The notes: generated by a model from the sequence alone, not told the origin. 20,440 bases of DNA from Thermoproteota archaeon (GCA_037917625.1 JAVCBY010000059.1:1-20440), one strand, 5' to 3'. Positions 9,178 through 17,997 are shown, numbered from the stretch's first letter. Translations and numbers: made by a program.

Positions 9178-9990
9178 TCATCCTCGGGGGATCTCTATCT
9201 TAAACTCGCAGTACTCATCCCCCTTAGCCTTGCATCTGACCTCCTCTATTGAGATAGATCTCCCGAAGGCGTACTCTAGACCACCCTTCCACATACCCTT
9301 CGTCATATAGCATAAGGGTTCCCTAGAGGTCCTATCGATCGCTTCGAAGTTCTCCCTTATCTTAAGTGAGAAAACCCCTCCGGCTTCCTCTAGAGATGCC
9401 ATACCGTAACCTGAGCACGTGTAGAGAGGAACTGATATCTTTCGAATTATTTCGAAGGGATCCTTTATGCCTACTCTCTCAGCCATTTTGAGATGATCTA
9501 CTGCGAATCCCTTCCCCATCCCATATCCTATCCTGAAGAGTATCGCCCCTGAAGCTGAGCTCCCCAAGATCCCGGATAGTTCCTCGGATAGATGCTTTAC
9601 GGCCCTAACGTTGAGGGCTACGACCCTCGTACCATCCCTCATCAAAGGGAAGAGGCAGCAAGGTATCAGGAGCCCCTTGATGCGAGATTCCTCATATTCG
9701 ACTGACCCTATCCCCTCTATCGATTCCAGATTCCTCTTCAATTCCTCGATATTTACATCGTCAGGCCTCTCGGCGATTATAGATATGAGGCCCTTCCCCT
9801 CGGTGACATGCATTAAATTAGAGAGGATATTCATCCCCCTGGATGAGAGTTTCCTCGTGACTTCAGCGAGTATCCCAGGTCTATCGCGTACTATCTCGAG
9901 GTGAAATATGAGGAGATCCTTTCCCGGAGATATAGCGAGGGGAGGGAACTTTACACTGAAGTATCGTCCCTCTAAGGGCTCATGGATCAT
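9178..9990 (-). CDS. ACT + V4R domain protein (paralog 2), putative ligand sensor
   Basis: ACT motif DRPGILAEVT...GMNI and V4R motif ENFE...CYMTKG...EVRCKAKGDEYCEF. SD GGAGGT lies upstream. Confidence 0.88.
   Translation of the reverse strand: MIHEPLEGRYFSVKFPPLAISPGKDLLIFHLEIVRDRPGILAEVTRKLSSRGMNILSNLMHVTEGKGLISIIAERPDDVNIEELKRNLESIEGIGSVEYEESRIKGLLIPCCLFPLMRDGTRVVALNVRAVKHLSEELSGILGSSASGAILFRIGYGMGKGFAVDHLKMAERVGIKDPFEIIRKISVPLYTCSGYGMASLEEAGGVFSLKIRENFEAIDRTSREPLCYMTKGMWKGGLEYAFGRSISIEEVRCKAKGDEYCEFKIEIPRG
9503..9535. repeat. 33-bp direct repeat, copy 2
   Basis: Identical to 8656-8688; the tract covers the RIGYGMGKGFA codons in both paralogs. Confidence 0.92.
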
Positions 9991-10038
9991 ACTGACCTCC
10001 GATTACGGATGATCTCACTTAAAAAGTTTGATTCTAAG

Positions 10039-10251
10039 TTAATCTATATGCTCTATGAGGACGGGCCCCGGGAACATCCCCCTGGACCAGAGCCTTTGGA
10101 TGAGGAGGAACTTATCTGAGTCATTATCTATCACTCTCTCACCGAGTATTGCGATGTATTTTCCGCTGAATGACCCCTTTATCCTCTCCTTATTATTAAT
10201 GAACCACAACCTGGCCCTCCTATACTCTAGGAGATCTCTCACAGCGCTCAT
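10039..10251 (-). CDS. Small DUF5678-like protein (70 aa)
   Basis: MSAVRDLLEYRRARLWFINNKERIKGSFSGKYIAILGERVIDNDSD...PVLIEHI fits the WF...GKYIAI...V.D.D pattern of this family. The 141-aa ORF-track extension looks non-coding, so I placed the start at ATG 10251. Confidence 0.65.
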   Translation of the reverse strand: MSAVRDLLEYRRARLWFINNKERIKGSFSGKYIAILGERVIDNDSDKFLLIQRLWSRGMFPGPVLIEHID

Positions 10252-10296
10252 CGATCTTCGGAGGAGAGGGGCTAAGATAAGGCTGAGCGTTAGGAT

Positions 10297-10314
10297 GTAA
10301 TAATCGATTATTAC
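10297..10314. promoter_or_regulatory. Perfect 18-bp palindrome, candidate operator or hairpin
   Basis: GTAATAATCGATTATTAC is its own reverse complement. It lies about 46 bp upstream of ATG 10251. Confidence 0.45.
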
Positions 10315-10451
10315 GACTGCGTTAGAGTTATTTCGATCGATGATGAATCTGCATGTCGATAGTCGCGATCCTCCCTCCGATTGATATATTTTTATCTTAA
10401 CTCCAGATAAAGGGAAAAGATATAGCATTATTTTGAGGACTTCCGCGGACT

Positions 10452-12359
10452 CTAAGTGTAGCAATGCGACTTCCTCCCCACTAAGAACCCCAGGAATATA
10501 CCGAATATTAGAGCGGCAATTAGATAGACCTCCTGAATTCTGCTCTCCTCCCTCACCGTCTGCGTTACAGTCACTGTCTCCACCATTGGAGCGCTCTCCA
10601 AAGGGCTCTTAGTCTCTATCCGCCTCTCAGATGCCTGAGAGAGGAGCGAGATTACGTGAGCGTGAGCGGAGGCCAGCTCATAATAAATTATGGACTCCAA
10701 TAAGTTCTCCTCCATGAGGGATGCCATCTCAGAATAGCTCAGGGCTAGGACTGGGATTATCCCCTTCGACATGAGCGCGTTTATCGAAGAGTAACACGAG
10801 CTCTTAACGGCTTCCTTAACTGCATTGGGATCGCTCGTGAACCACTCATGTATTGAGATTATGCCGTATGCGAGAGCTGTAGTAGAGAGGCCTATGCTCC
10901 CATAATAATCCCCTGAGGAGAAAGCTGAGTTAGCATCATTCAAATTTGAATATGCTTCTTGTAAATAGCTTGAGCTAGCTCCTATCTCCTGTATGAGGCT
11001 CTCTGAGTATGAGATGACGCTCTCAGCCTCATATAGTATTGCGGATGCGACCTCCTTCATCCTGATCTCATCTACTTGCATCCTCTGGCTGAGCCCCATC
11101 AAATCCATCCAATTAAATGCTGTATCAGCCCTCCAATAAGCGTAAGTCAGATGGTGTATCGCTCCCCAGCCCATGGAATCGAGGTAATTCCCCTTTGAAG
11201 CCAGATTGACTGCTTTCTTGAGGGCATTTTTAGCATCATAATATCTAGTCTTAGAAGCTATTATCGCCTCAACTCCGCTCAGATCTTGGGGCTTAGTTGA
11301 ATTTAGCCTCTCACCCAATTCCCTCAACTTGGAGTCCACCCTCCCCATGAGCTCGCTAACAGAGTCCTCGCCCCTCAGAGCGTAATTCAAGAGGGATCTC
11401 GCGTAATCAGCCTCAACTACGGATTGAAAAGCGTAACTAGCCGCTGTGTATAAGTTCCCCTTCGCCATCTCATCCCTCGCGGACGATGAATATTTCTCAG
11501 AATCCGATAAAATATTGTTTATCACTCGCTTGCTTAAAGCCCCGAGCTTCCCAATTTCCGATTGGACGCTTCCCCTTATGGCCTCAGATTGATTTAGGTA
11601 ATTCCTCACCCACTTACTGAGGATTTCCTTGACCTCCTTAGGTATCTCGGGCCTCTCCGATGGCGGTCTCTCGATCCTCAGACCCAGCATGTAGTTTAAA
11701 GCTTCCTCTATCGTGCTGACCTCTACTACCTTCACTCCTAGCTTAGCCCCCACCTCGCTTATATTGACCTTCCTCTTCTCGACAGTCGTCAATATCAGGG
11801 GACCTATCCTGACTTGCTTAGGTACTGTCTCCTCCACTATCTCCTGACCCGCTGGTACCAAGAATATCTTAGCTCCAGCTCTCGCTGCTGCCTCCAATTT
11901 CTGGGGGATTCCCCCCACAGGGCCTATTATCCCATCTAAGTTTATCATCCCAGTTATTATGATATCCTGTCTGACTTGCTTCCCCAGGATAGCTGCTACC
12001 GTAGCTACTGTCATCGCAGCTCCTGCGCTAGGGCCTCCTATCACAGTGCTCCCGGACTCGAGCCTGTAGTAGAAGTTCATGGATTTAGGGTCCACTCCAA
12101 GTAAGTAACTAGCCACTAAGGCAGCTGTCCTAGCTGCACCCTGCGTATCTATCTGTGTGAGAGGCTCCGCTGAGAAGTAAACAATGCCCTCCCCCCTCTC
12201 GACTTCCACAGTGAGGTTCCCTAACGTACCTGAGAGCACGCCCTCCGCTGTCTGATAGACAGCTGGGACCCTGAGGAAAGCCCTGCTCCTCTCAGCTGTA
12301 GATGATATCAGGGGAATTAGCATCAATATGAGGAGCATTGCGAAGATCTTACGCATCAT
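10452..12359 (-). CDS. Secreted, membrane-anchored Lon-like S16 serine protease (archaeal COG1750 type, no AAA+ domain)
   Basis: Signal peptide; GGPSAG catalytic Ser; ITGMINLDGIIGPVGGIPQKLEAA (catalytic Lys); helical repeats; Thr/Val linker; C-terminal TM helix followed by GRK. Confidence 0.9.
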   Translation of the reverse strand: MMRKIFAMLLILMLIPLISSTAERSRAFLRVPAVYQTAEGVLSGTLGNLTVEVERGEGIVYFSAEPLTQIDTQGAARTAALVASYLLGVDPKSMNFYYRLESGSTVIGGPSAGAAMTVATVAAILGKQVRQDIIITGMINLDGIIGPVGGIPQKLEAAARAGAKIFLVPAGQEIVEETVPKQVRIGPLILTTVEKRKVNISEVGAKLGVKVVEVSTIEEALNYMLGLRIERPPSERPEIPKEVKEILSKWVRNYLNQSEAIRGSVQSEIGKLGALSKRVINNILSDSEKYSSSARDEMAKGNLYTAASYAFQSVVEADYARSLLNYALRGEDSVSELMGRVDSKLRELGERLNSTKPQDLSGVEAIIASKTRYYDAKNALKKAVNLASKGNYLDSMGWGAIHHLTYAYWRADTAFNWMDLMGLSQRMQVDEIRMKEVASAILYEAESVISYSESLIQEIGASSSYLQEAYSNLNDANSAFSSGDYYGSIGLSTTALAYGIISIHEWFTSDPNAVKEAVKSSCYSSINALMSKGIIPVLALSYSEMASLMEENLLESIIYYELASAHAHVISLLSQASERRIETKSPLESAPMVETVTVTQTVREESRIQEVYLIAALIFGIFLGFLVGRKSHCYT

Positions 12360-12488
12360 GACCGCCTGGGCTCCATCCTGATCCCCTTAATAACCCTTTC
12401 ATGGCACTCGCATGAAACTTTCTAAAATATATTAAGCATTTAACTTAAGTAACGATACCTTTATTTAGAAGCGGGAGGTAGCTCGCTT

Positions 12489-12923
12489 ATGGCTTGGAAG
12501 CCTAAGAGGAAGGCCTCCCTCAGGTTGGAGGATTTCATGGTCAGGAACCCGATTTCCCTCCCTGAGAACGCTTCAGTCGATGATGCCTTCAGAGTTATGT
12601 GGGAGAACAGGGTAGGGAGCGTCCTCATCGTGGACAGCGATGGTAAGCTCAGGGGGATAGTCACTCAGAGGGATCTGCTATATGCGGGGTGCAGGGGGCT
12701 CATAGGGAAGAATGTTAGCGTTAAGGAGATAATGAGTGAGAACCCGATAACTGCTAAACCATCTGATTCCCTTCAGGAAGCTGTTAGGAGGATGAGAGTC
12801 AATGATGTCTCTCATCTCCCGATAGTAGACGATCAGGGAAAGCCAATCGGTATATTCTCGATGAGGGATGTCATAGATATATTCATGCTCTTAGTGGGAA
12901 CTCTGTTCTCCGAGATGAGTTGA
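12489..12923 (+). CDS. CBS domain pair protein
   Basis: Two CBS repeats (DFMVRNP...IVDSDGKLRGIVTQRD and EIMSENP...LPIVDDQGKPIGIFSMRD). SD GGGAGGT. Its 3' end overlaps the convergent GT2 gene by 33 bp. Confidence 0.92.
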   Translation: MAWKPKRKASLRLEDFMVRNPISLPENASVDDAFRVMWENRVGSVLIVDSDGKLRGIVTQRDLLYAGCRGLIGKNVSVKEIMSENPITAKPSDSLQEAVRRMRVNDVSHLPIVDDQGKPIGIFSMRDVIDIFMLLVGTLFSEMS

Positions 12924-14003
12924 GTAATCCCTCCCCTTCCAACTCACCTTTTTCCCGAATGAAGCGGTGAGTAGGGAGAGGCCTATAAGAGAGAGGGCCA
13001 GTGGGGAGAGTATCATAGATTCTGGCCTCAACTTCACCTCTATGAGGCTCAAGCTCGCATATGAGAATATGCTAACTAAGTAGAATATCGCTAACTCCAC
13101 TCTCATCAACCCGAGGTAAGCTAGTATGGGTGAGGCATATATCGTAACTGCTGTGTAGCTCAAAGCTAGGAATATCAAGATAGATATCAATTTACTTGGC
13201 ATAGAAGCGAGTCCTATCCTCTTAATAGTCTCATATCCCTCCCTCCAACTCCTTATCCAACTGCTCTCCACTATGCTCCCCATGAAGAAAGATACCCTGA
13301 GCCCCTTAGCTACAGCTAACCTAGCTAGGTCAGCGTCCTCCACTAAGCTACTCCTCACCGCTCCGTGAGTCCCGACTGACTCATAGGACTCCCTCCTCCA
13401 GATAGTGAACGCACCCATCAACCACGCTTTACTCTGGCTCATCCTCCAATAAGGGAAGAGTAGCCTTACTAGTGATGTCAGAGCTACTTCTATAGCTCCG
13501 CAAGCCAAACTCTCGCATTTTATCCTAGGGACTTGAGAGAGAGCATCGAACCTCTCAGTCAGGGAGATGGCTCCTCTAGGATCACTCATAACTACAGTAT
13601 CAGCATCTAAGAACACTATCACATCACCTGAGGAATGAAGATAGCCTTGGTAACATGCCCAGGACTTACCCACCCAACCTTCCGGTTTCTCCATCAATCT
13701 TATCAACTTGCACTTCTCATTAAACTTGGATAGAGCTTCATCTTCGGTAGAATCCTCACTGCAATCATCCACGACGATCAGCTCATCCCCATCCCTCAAC
13801 CAAGGGAGCAGTGAGGATATACATTTCGCTATCTTCCCCTCCTCGTTCCTAGCTGGGATTATGTAAGATACTGATGCCCTAGCCTCACCCCCCGGTCTGG
13901 GGAGTCTCGAGAAGCCTACTATGGACTTGATGAAGTTTATCAACGCGTAAGAGCTTATTAAAGCTATGCTCAGCTGAAGAAGCATATAATTTGATACGAT
14001 CAT
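12891..14003 (-). CDS. Membrane glycosyltransferase family 2 (CrtQ/HpnB-like lipid glycosyltransferase subfamily)
   Basis: N-terminal TM helix; IIPARNEE, VVDDCSED, PEGWVGKSWAC, FLDAD and VEDADLA; C-terminal TM helices; WKGR. Confidence 0.88.
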   Translation of the reverse strand: MIVSNYMLLQLSIALISSYALINFIKSIVGFSRLPRPGGEARASVSYIIPARNEEGKIAKCISSLLPWLRDGDELIVVDDCSEDSTEDEALSKFNEKCKLIRLMEKPEGWVGKSWACYQGYLHSSGDVIVFLDADTVVMSDPRGAISLTERFDALSQVPRIKCESLACGAIEVALTSLVRLLFPYWRMSQSKAWLMGAFTIWRRESYESVGTHGAVRSSLVEDADLARLAVAKGLRVSFFMGSIVESSWIRSWREGYETIKRIGLASMPSKLISILIFLALSYTAVTIYASPILAYLGLMRVELAIFYLVSIFSYASLSLIEVKLRPESMILSPLALSLIGLSLLTASFGKKVSWKGRDYSTHLGEQSSH

Positions 14004-14074
14004 TATTTAAGTTTCATGACTGTCCAACGGATATCGCACACATAGGATTAATCCTCTCGAGCTCTGGCTAGCGT

Positions 14075-14875
14075 ATGCTAGGGAAGGAGGTAAGGCTCTC
14101 TAGGATAATGAGGGGTGACAGGATATTATGCATACCCATGGATCACGGAGTGACGGATGGTCCGATAAAAGGGTTAACTGATATCAATTGGATCGTCAAT
14201 GAAGTAACTAAGGGAGGAGCTACTTGCGTTGTCCTCCACAAGGGGATGATAAAGGCCTTGAGGAGCCCTAAGATTCCTTTCCTCATGCACATGTCAGCTA
14301 GCACATCCCTCGGGCCCGAGCCGAACAGGAAGGTGAGAGTCGCTAGCGTCATAGAGGCAGTCAGGTTAGGGGCTGATGGTGTGAGCGTTCACATCAACAT
14401 AGGGGGGGAGAGGAGCGAGCCTGAGATGCTCGAGAAACTCGGATCTGTCGCTTCAGAGGCTGATGAGTTCGGTATGCCCCTCTTAGCTATGATGTACGCG
14501 AGAGGGCCTAATATTAAGGATAAGTTCGATCCCAAAGCTATCTCTCTCGTAGCTAGGGTGGGAGCTGAGCTGGGAGCTGATATAGTGAAGGTCCCATACA
14601 CAGGGGATCCCGAGAGCTTCAAGGAGGTGACTAGAGGCGTTAGCATCCCAGTGATAATAGCTGGAGGCCCTAAGATGAGCAGTGAGAGGGAAGTACTGGA
14701 GATGGTGGAAGGAGCTATGAGAGGGGGAGCCGCTGGTGTATCGATAGGGAGGAACGTCTTCCAGCATGAGAGACCAGCTAGCATGGTCAGGGCTATAGCT
14801 TCGATAATCTTCGATGGTTTGAGCGTGGAGGATGCTATGGGTGTATTGAATGAAGATAGTGGTAACTCTGAGTGA
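14075..14875 (+). CDS. aroA': Class I (DhnA-family) aldolase, most similar to 2-amino-3,7-dideoxy-D-threo-hept-6-ulosonate synthase
   Basis: PMDHG, HMSASTSLGPEPNRKV, PLLAMMYARG, Schiff-base GADIVK, IAGGPK and GRNVFQH. It is adjacent to and overlaps aroD. Confidence 0.8.
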   Translation: MLGKEVRLSRIMRGDRILCIPMDHGVTDGPIKGLTDINWIVNEVTKGGATCVVLHKGMIKALRSPKIPFLMHMSASTSLGPEPNRKVRVASVIEAVRLGADGVSVHINIGGERSEPEMLEKLGSVASEADEFGMPLLAMMYARGPNIKDKFDPKAISLVARVGAELGADIVKVPYTGDPESFKEVTRGVSIPVIIAGGPKMSSEREVLEMVEGAMRGGAAGVSIGRNVFQHERPASMVRAIASIIFDGLSVEDAMGVLNEDSGNSE

Positions 14876-15476
14876 TCCCGATAACTTGAGGGAGAACATC
14901 GAGAGAGCACTTAAGATGGGAGCTGATTTAGTTGAGCTCAGAGTGGATCTAATTTGTGATGAGCTTCCACCCGCGGAATCATTGAGCCGCTTGATATCCG
15001 GGCTCAACGATAAAATAATAATTACTTATAGGAGCAGGGCTCATGGGGGAAGGGGCGACTCTCAAGATGCGAGATGGCTTATATCCGTATCGAAGATATG
15101 CAGGTACGTCGATGTTGAATATGAGAACTCTAACATTGGGATAGAGAATGCCATATTCTCCTGGCATGATCCCAATGGAACTCCCAGTTATGAGGAGCTG
15201 CTCTCGATAAGCGAGAAGTTGCTCTCCTTAGGGGGTATAGCTAAGGTAGTGACTTACGCGAGGGATGAGAGAGAAGCTTACAGAGTCCTCTCCCTCTACA
15301 AATTGGGGCATAGAGGGAAGCTCGTCGCTTTCTCAATGGGGGAGAGAGGTTCTTTCAGCAGGAGGCTCTCAGCAGCTTTGGGCTCCCCCCTCTTATATTC
15401 TCACTTAGGCAGAGCAGTTGCAGAGGGACAGATAAGCTTGGATGAGGCAATTCTCCTCAAGGAATTACTCTCCTGA
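14850..15476 (+). CDS. aroD: Type I 3-dehydroquinate dehydratase
   Basis: ADLVELRVD, IITYR...GG, YVDVE, SWHD (catalytic His), IAKVV (Schiff-base Lys), FSMGERG..SR and GQI. Confidence 0.9.
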   Translation: MKIVVTLSDPDNLRENIERALKMGADLVELRVDLICDELPPAESLSRLISGLNDKIIITYRSRAHGGRGDSQDARWLISVSKICRYVDVEYENSNIGIENAIFSWHDPNGTPSYEELLSISEKLLSLGGIAKVVTYARDEREAYRVLSLYKLGHRGKLVAFSMGERGSFSRRLSAALGSPLLYSHLGRAVAEGQISLDEAILLKELLS

Positions 15477-16059
15477 GAAGATAAGGCATATTCTTTATCC
15501 TCTCATAAGTCCTCACTGGATTGACTTTCCTCAGCCTCTTGAGAGCTTTTATGAGGGCTTCATCCACTATATCCGATTTTAGCATCACCCTCTCCATTGC
15601 TTCATCGAAGTCCTCCGGCACGTATGAAGCGAGCCAAGCCCAGCTCATCAAGTAGCTATATCTATCGAGAGAATCCAAGATTTTTGGATCCCATATCGCT
15701 ACTATAGGATAGACGAACCTAGATAGGAGCTCTTTCTCCCCGCATCTCTCCAGATCCCTAGCTATCTCATACGCTCTCTTAGGGAATGACATCGCTACCC
15801 TGCCTAAGGCTACAGCTAAGATTAGCCTCCCCTCTGATAACTCGCACCAACATTTCATGAGCTGGAAATCATCTGGATTCATGATCCTCCCTATCCTATC
15901 CCCCAACATCGCTGAGAAGTAGTTAGGGATATTCATCTTCGTCGGGGTCCTGCAATCGACAGTCTCCTCCCTCAAGGCATCTGAGAAGGAGGAGCATCCC
16001 CTCCTGAGGGCTTCCAATAGTTTTGGTGCTATTTCATCAGGATCGGGGCACTTCATCAT
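15457..16059 (-). CDS. Hypothetical alpha-helical (possibly HEAT-like) protein
   Basis: 200-aa ORF with typical codon usage, coupled to the upstream gene by an ATGATGA overlap. No motif recognised. Confidence 0.65.
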   Translation of the reverse strand: MMKCPDPDEIAPKLLEALRRGCSSFSDALREETVDCRTPTKMNIPNYFSAMLGDRIGRIMNPDDFQLMKCWCELSEGRLILAVALGRVAMSFPKRAYEIARDLERCGEKELLSRFVYPIVAIWDPKILDSLDRYSYLMSWAWLASYVPEDFDEAMERVMLKSDIVDEALIKALKRLRKVNPVRTYERIKNMPYLLRRVIP

Positions 16060-16889
16060 CCTCTCATCCTCCTCATTATCTCCCTCTTCACGCTCTTAGC
16101 TTCCCTCAAGAGGTTCTCGATCTGCCAACTATCGAAGATTGGGTGCTCTAGGAGGAATAGTATGGACTCTAGGAGGGAGTTCAAGTATTTCATGCTCCCA
16201 GAGATCCTCTCCTCAGATATCAGTAAGTTAGTGCTCGGAGGGTATTCGGGGATGAGCTTCCTCAACGTCTCCATATCTATCATGCATCCCACTTCCTTAA
16301 TTAATCCTCTCCTCAGGGCTCCCTTATCATAACCGTAAGCATAGAGCTCCCCCGATGCTTCACGACCCAAGAGGAGGAATGAGATGAATATGACATCCAC
16401 GCCTTCAGAATTAGCTTCCTCCTCTATCTCCCTCAAGTCCTCTATGGATAGGAATCCCATTAGTAGGAGGACCCTCAGCCTCCCTCCCCTGCTCCTCACC
16501 TCCTCCTTAACCTCATGCAGGATCCCGGGCCTCACATCCGGGAAGATCGATATTAGCACGATATCCCCAGAGCTGGACCCTCTTGGATATGGGATTATCA
16601 TCTCCCCTATCTTACCGTATACCATGGGCCTCCCGAACCTCTCCAGGGAGAACTGCGAGATGATTGAGCTCATCCCAGGATCCCTCAGGAGCCTCACTAG
16701 GGGCTCTCCGCAAATATGAGGGAAAGATGCATACCTTATTAGGGATGGTAGCTCCAAAATATATACGTTATATGGTAAATTTGTCTTGAGAAGTCTACAA
16801 TTCCTATTCGCTATATTTATTTTAGAGGTCTCGAGCACCTCTATACCGAACTCCTCGATTATCTCCTCTAAATGGAGCCTAGGATCCAA
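16056..16889 (-). CDS. Hypothetical protein (alpha/beta; possibly a degenerate phosphoribosyltransferase-like fold)
   Basis: 277-aa ORF whose TTG start overlaps the uppS stop, preceded by GAGGAGG. The fold suggestion is weak inference. Confidence 0.65.
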   Translation of the reverse strand: MDPRLHLEEIIEEFGIEVLETSKINIANRNCRLLKTNLPYNVYILELPSLIRYASFPHICGEPLVRLLRDPGMSSIISQFSLERFGRPMVYGKIGEMIIPYPRGSSSGDIVLISIFPDVRPGILHEVKEEVRSRGGRLRVLLLMGFLSIEDLREIEEEANSEGVDVIFISFLLLGREASGELYAYGYDKGALRRGLIKEVGCMIDMETLRKLIPEYPPSTNLLISEERISGSMKYLNSLLESILFLLEHPIFDSWQIENLLREAKSVKREIMRRMRG

Positions 16890-17667
16890 ACCTCCTCTTC
16901 CTCCTCTGATAGTCCCTTATAGCCCTGAGCAGATCGACTTTCCTCAGCTCGGGCAAGTAGACCTCGCAGAAGTATAGCTCGGAGTAAGCTGACTGCCAGA
17001 GCAGGAAGTTGCTGAGCCTCTCCTCCCCGGATGTCCTTATTATGAGATCAGGGTCAGGTAGATCTGGAGCGTAGAGATGCATCCTTATCACATCATCATC
17101 TATCTCATCAGGATCTAAAGCTCCTTCTTTCACTTTCCTCGCTATCTTCCTCACGGCATCCACTATCTCAGCCCTCCCCCCATAAGCTATCGCTAAGTTA
17201 AGTGTCTTGCTGAATCCGGATGTAGAAGCTTCCATCTCCTCAGCTATACTCCTTATCCCCTCTGGTAGCATCTCCTTCCTCCCGACTACCCTGAATGAGA
17301 CCTCTCTCTCCCTCAGAGTATTTATATTCTCCTTCAGCTCGAGCAACTTCTCCTCCATCGCTTTGAAAACAGCTTCTACTTGATCCTTGGGCCTCCTGAA
17401 GTTCTCGGTTGAGAAAGCGAATAAAGTAACGTGCTCGATCCCTAGATCGAGTAGCCATTCTAGGAGTTCCTTAGTCTTATTAGCCCCGATCCTATATCCC
17501 TCAAGCCAACTTAAACTCCTCTTAAGGGCATACCTCCTATTCCCGTCCAATATGAGGGCGACATGCTTAGGGATGGGCCCCTCCCTTACCGCTGACTCTA
17601 AGTACCTCAAGTAGAGGGGCATGCCCAAGAAGCTAGCTATCCTGTAGACCGCTTTGAGGAGCCCCAA
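16879..17667 (-). CDS. uppS: cis-prenyltransferase (undecaprenyl/polyprenyl diphosphate synthase)
   Basis: IPKHVALILDGNRR, FAFSTENFRRP, YGGRAEI and PDPDLIIRTSGEERLSNFLLWQSAYSE...RRFG. The start is probably TTG 17667, after GGAGGGG (the ORF track begins at 17694). Confidence 0.96.
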   Translation of the reverse strand: MGLLKAVYRIASFLGMPLYLRYLESAVREGPIPKHVALILDGNRRYALKRSLSWLEGYRIGANKTKELLEWLLDLGIEHVTLFAFSTENFRRPKDQVEAVFKAMEEKLLELKENINTLREREVSFRVVGRKEMLPEGIRSIAEEMEASTSGFSKTLNLAIAYGGRAEIVDAVRKIARKVKEGALDPDEIDDDVIRMHLYAPDLPDPDLIIRTSGEERLSNFLLWQSAYSELYFCEVYLPELRKVDLLRAIRDYQRRKRRFGS

Positions 17668-17997
17668 TTCGCACCCCTCCGAGCCATTTATCAAGTCCGT
17701 TATATAATCGGAACTGCTACATTAAAAACTTCGGGATCCTAGAGCTTTCTTCAGGAATGATTGAAGTCCTGGCACAGTCTCCTCGAGTCTGAGGGGATTA
17801 GATCTCATCTTCATGCCTCATCGTTGGTTCTGGGAAATCCCCCAGAACTCATGCATGGACTAAGCCTAACTTATGGGAGATTCATCGGAAATTCAGAGCC
17901 TGATTGAGCTTTTCAATCCACGCTTACCTCACATCGTATCATGAGCGATAATGGACCATGATTTATAACTTATTCCTCCTCCCTATTTGGGAGGCTC

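Noticed and set aside
10340-10384. Box C/D sRNA starting at ATGATGA
   Set aside because: There is no canonical CTGA D box or C'/D' pair at a suitable spacing.
10252-10464. N-terminal extension of the 141-aa ORF
   Set aside because: It has atypical composition, overlaps the protease stop and contains promoter-like palindromic DNA. The family-like sequence starts at ATG 10251.
12891-15476. Convergent 3' overlaps (CBS/GT2 33 bp; aroD/hypothetical 20 bp) as antisense regulation
   Set aside because: Such overlaps are common in compact archaeal genomes and there is no further evidence.
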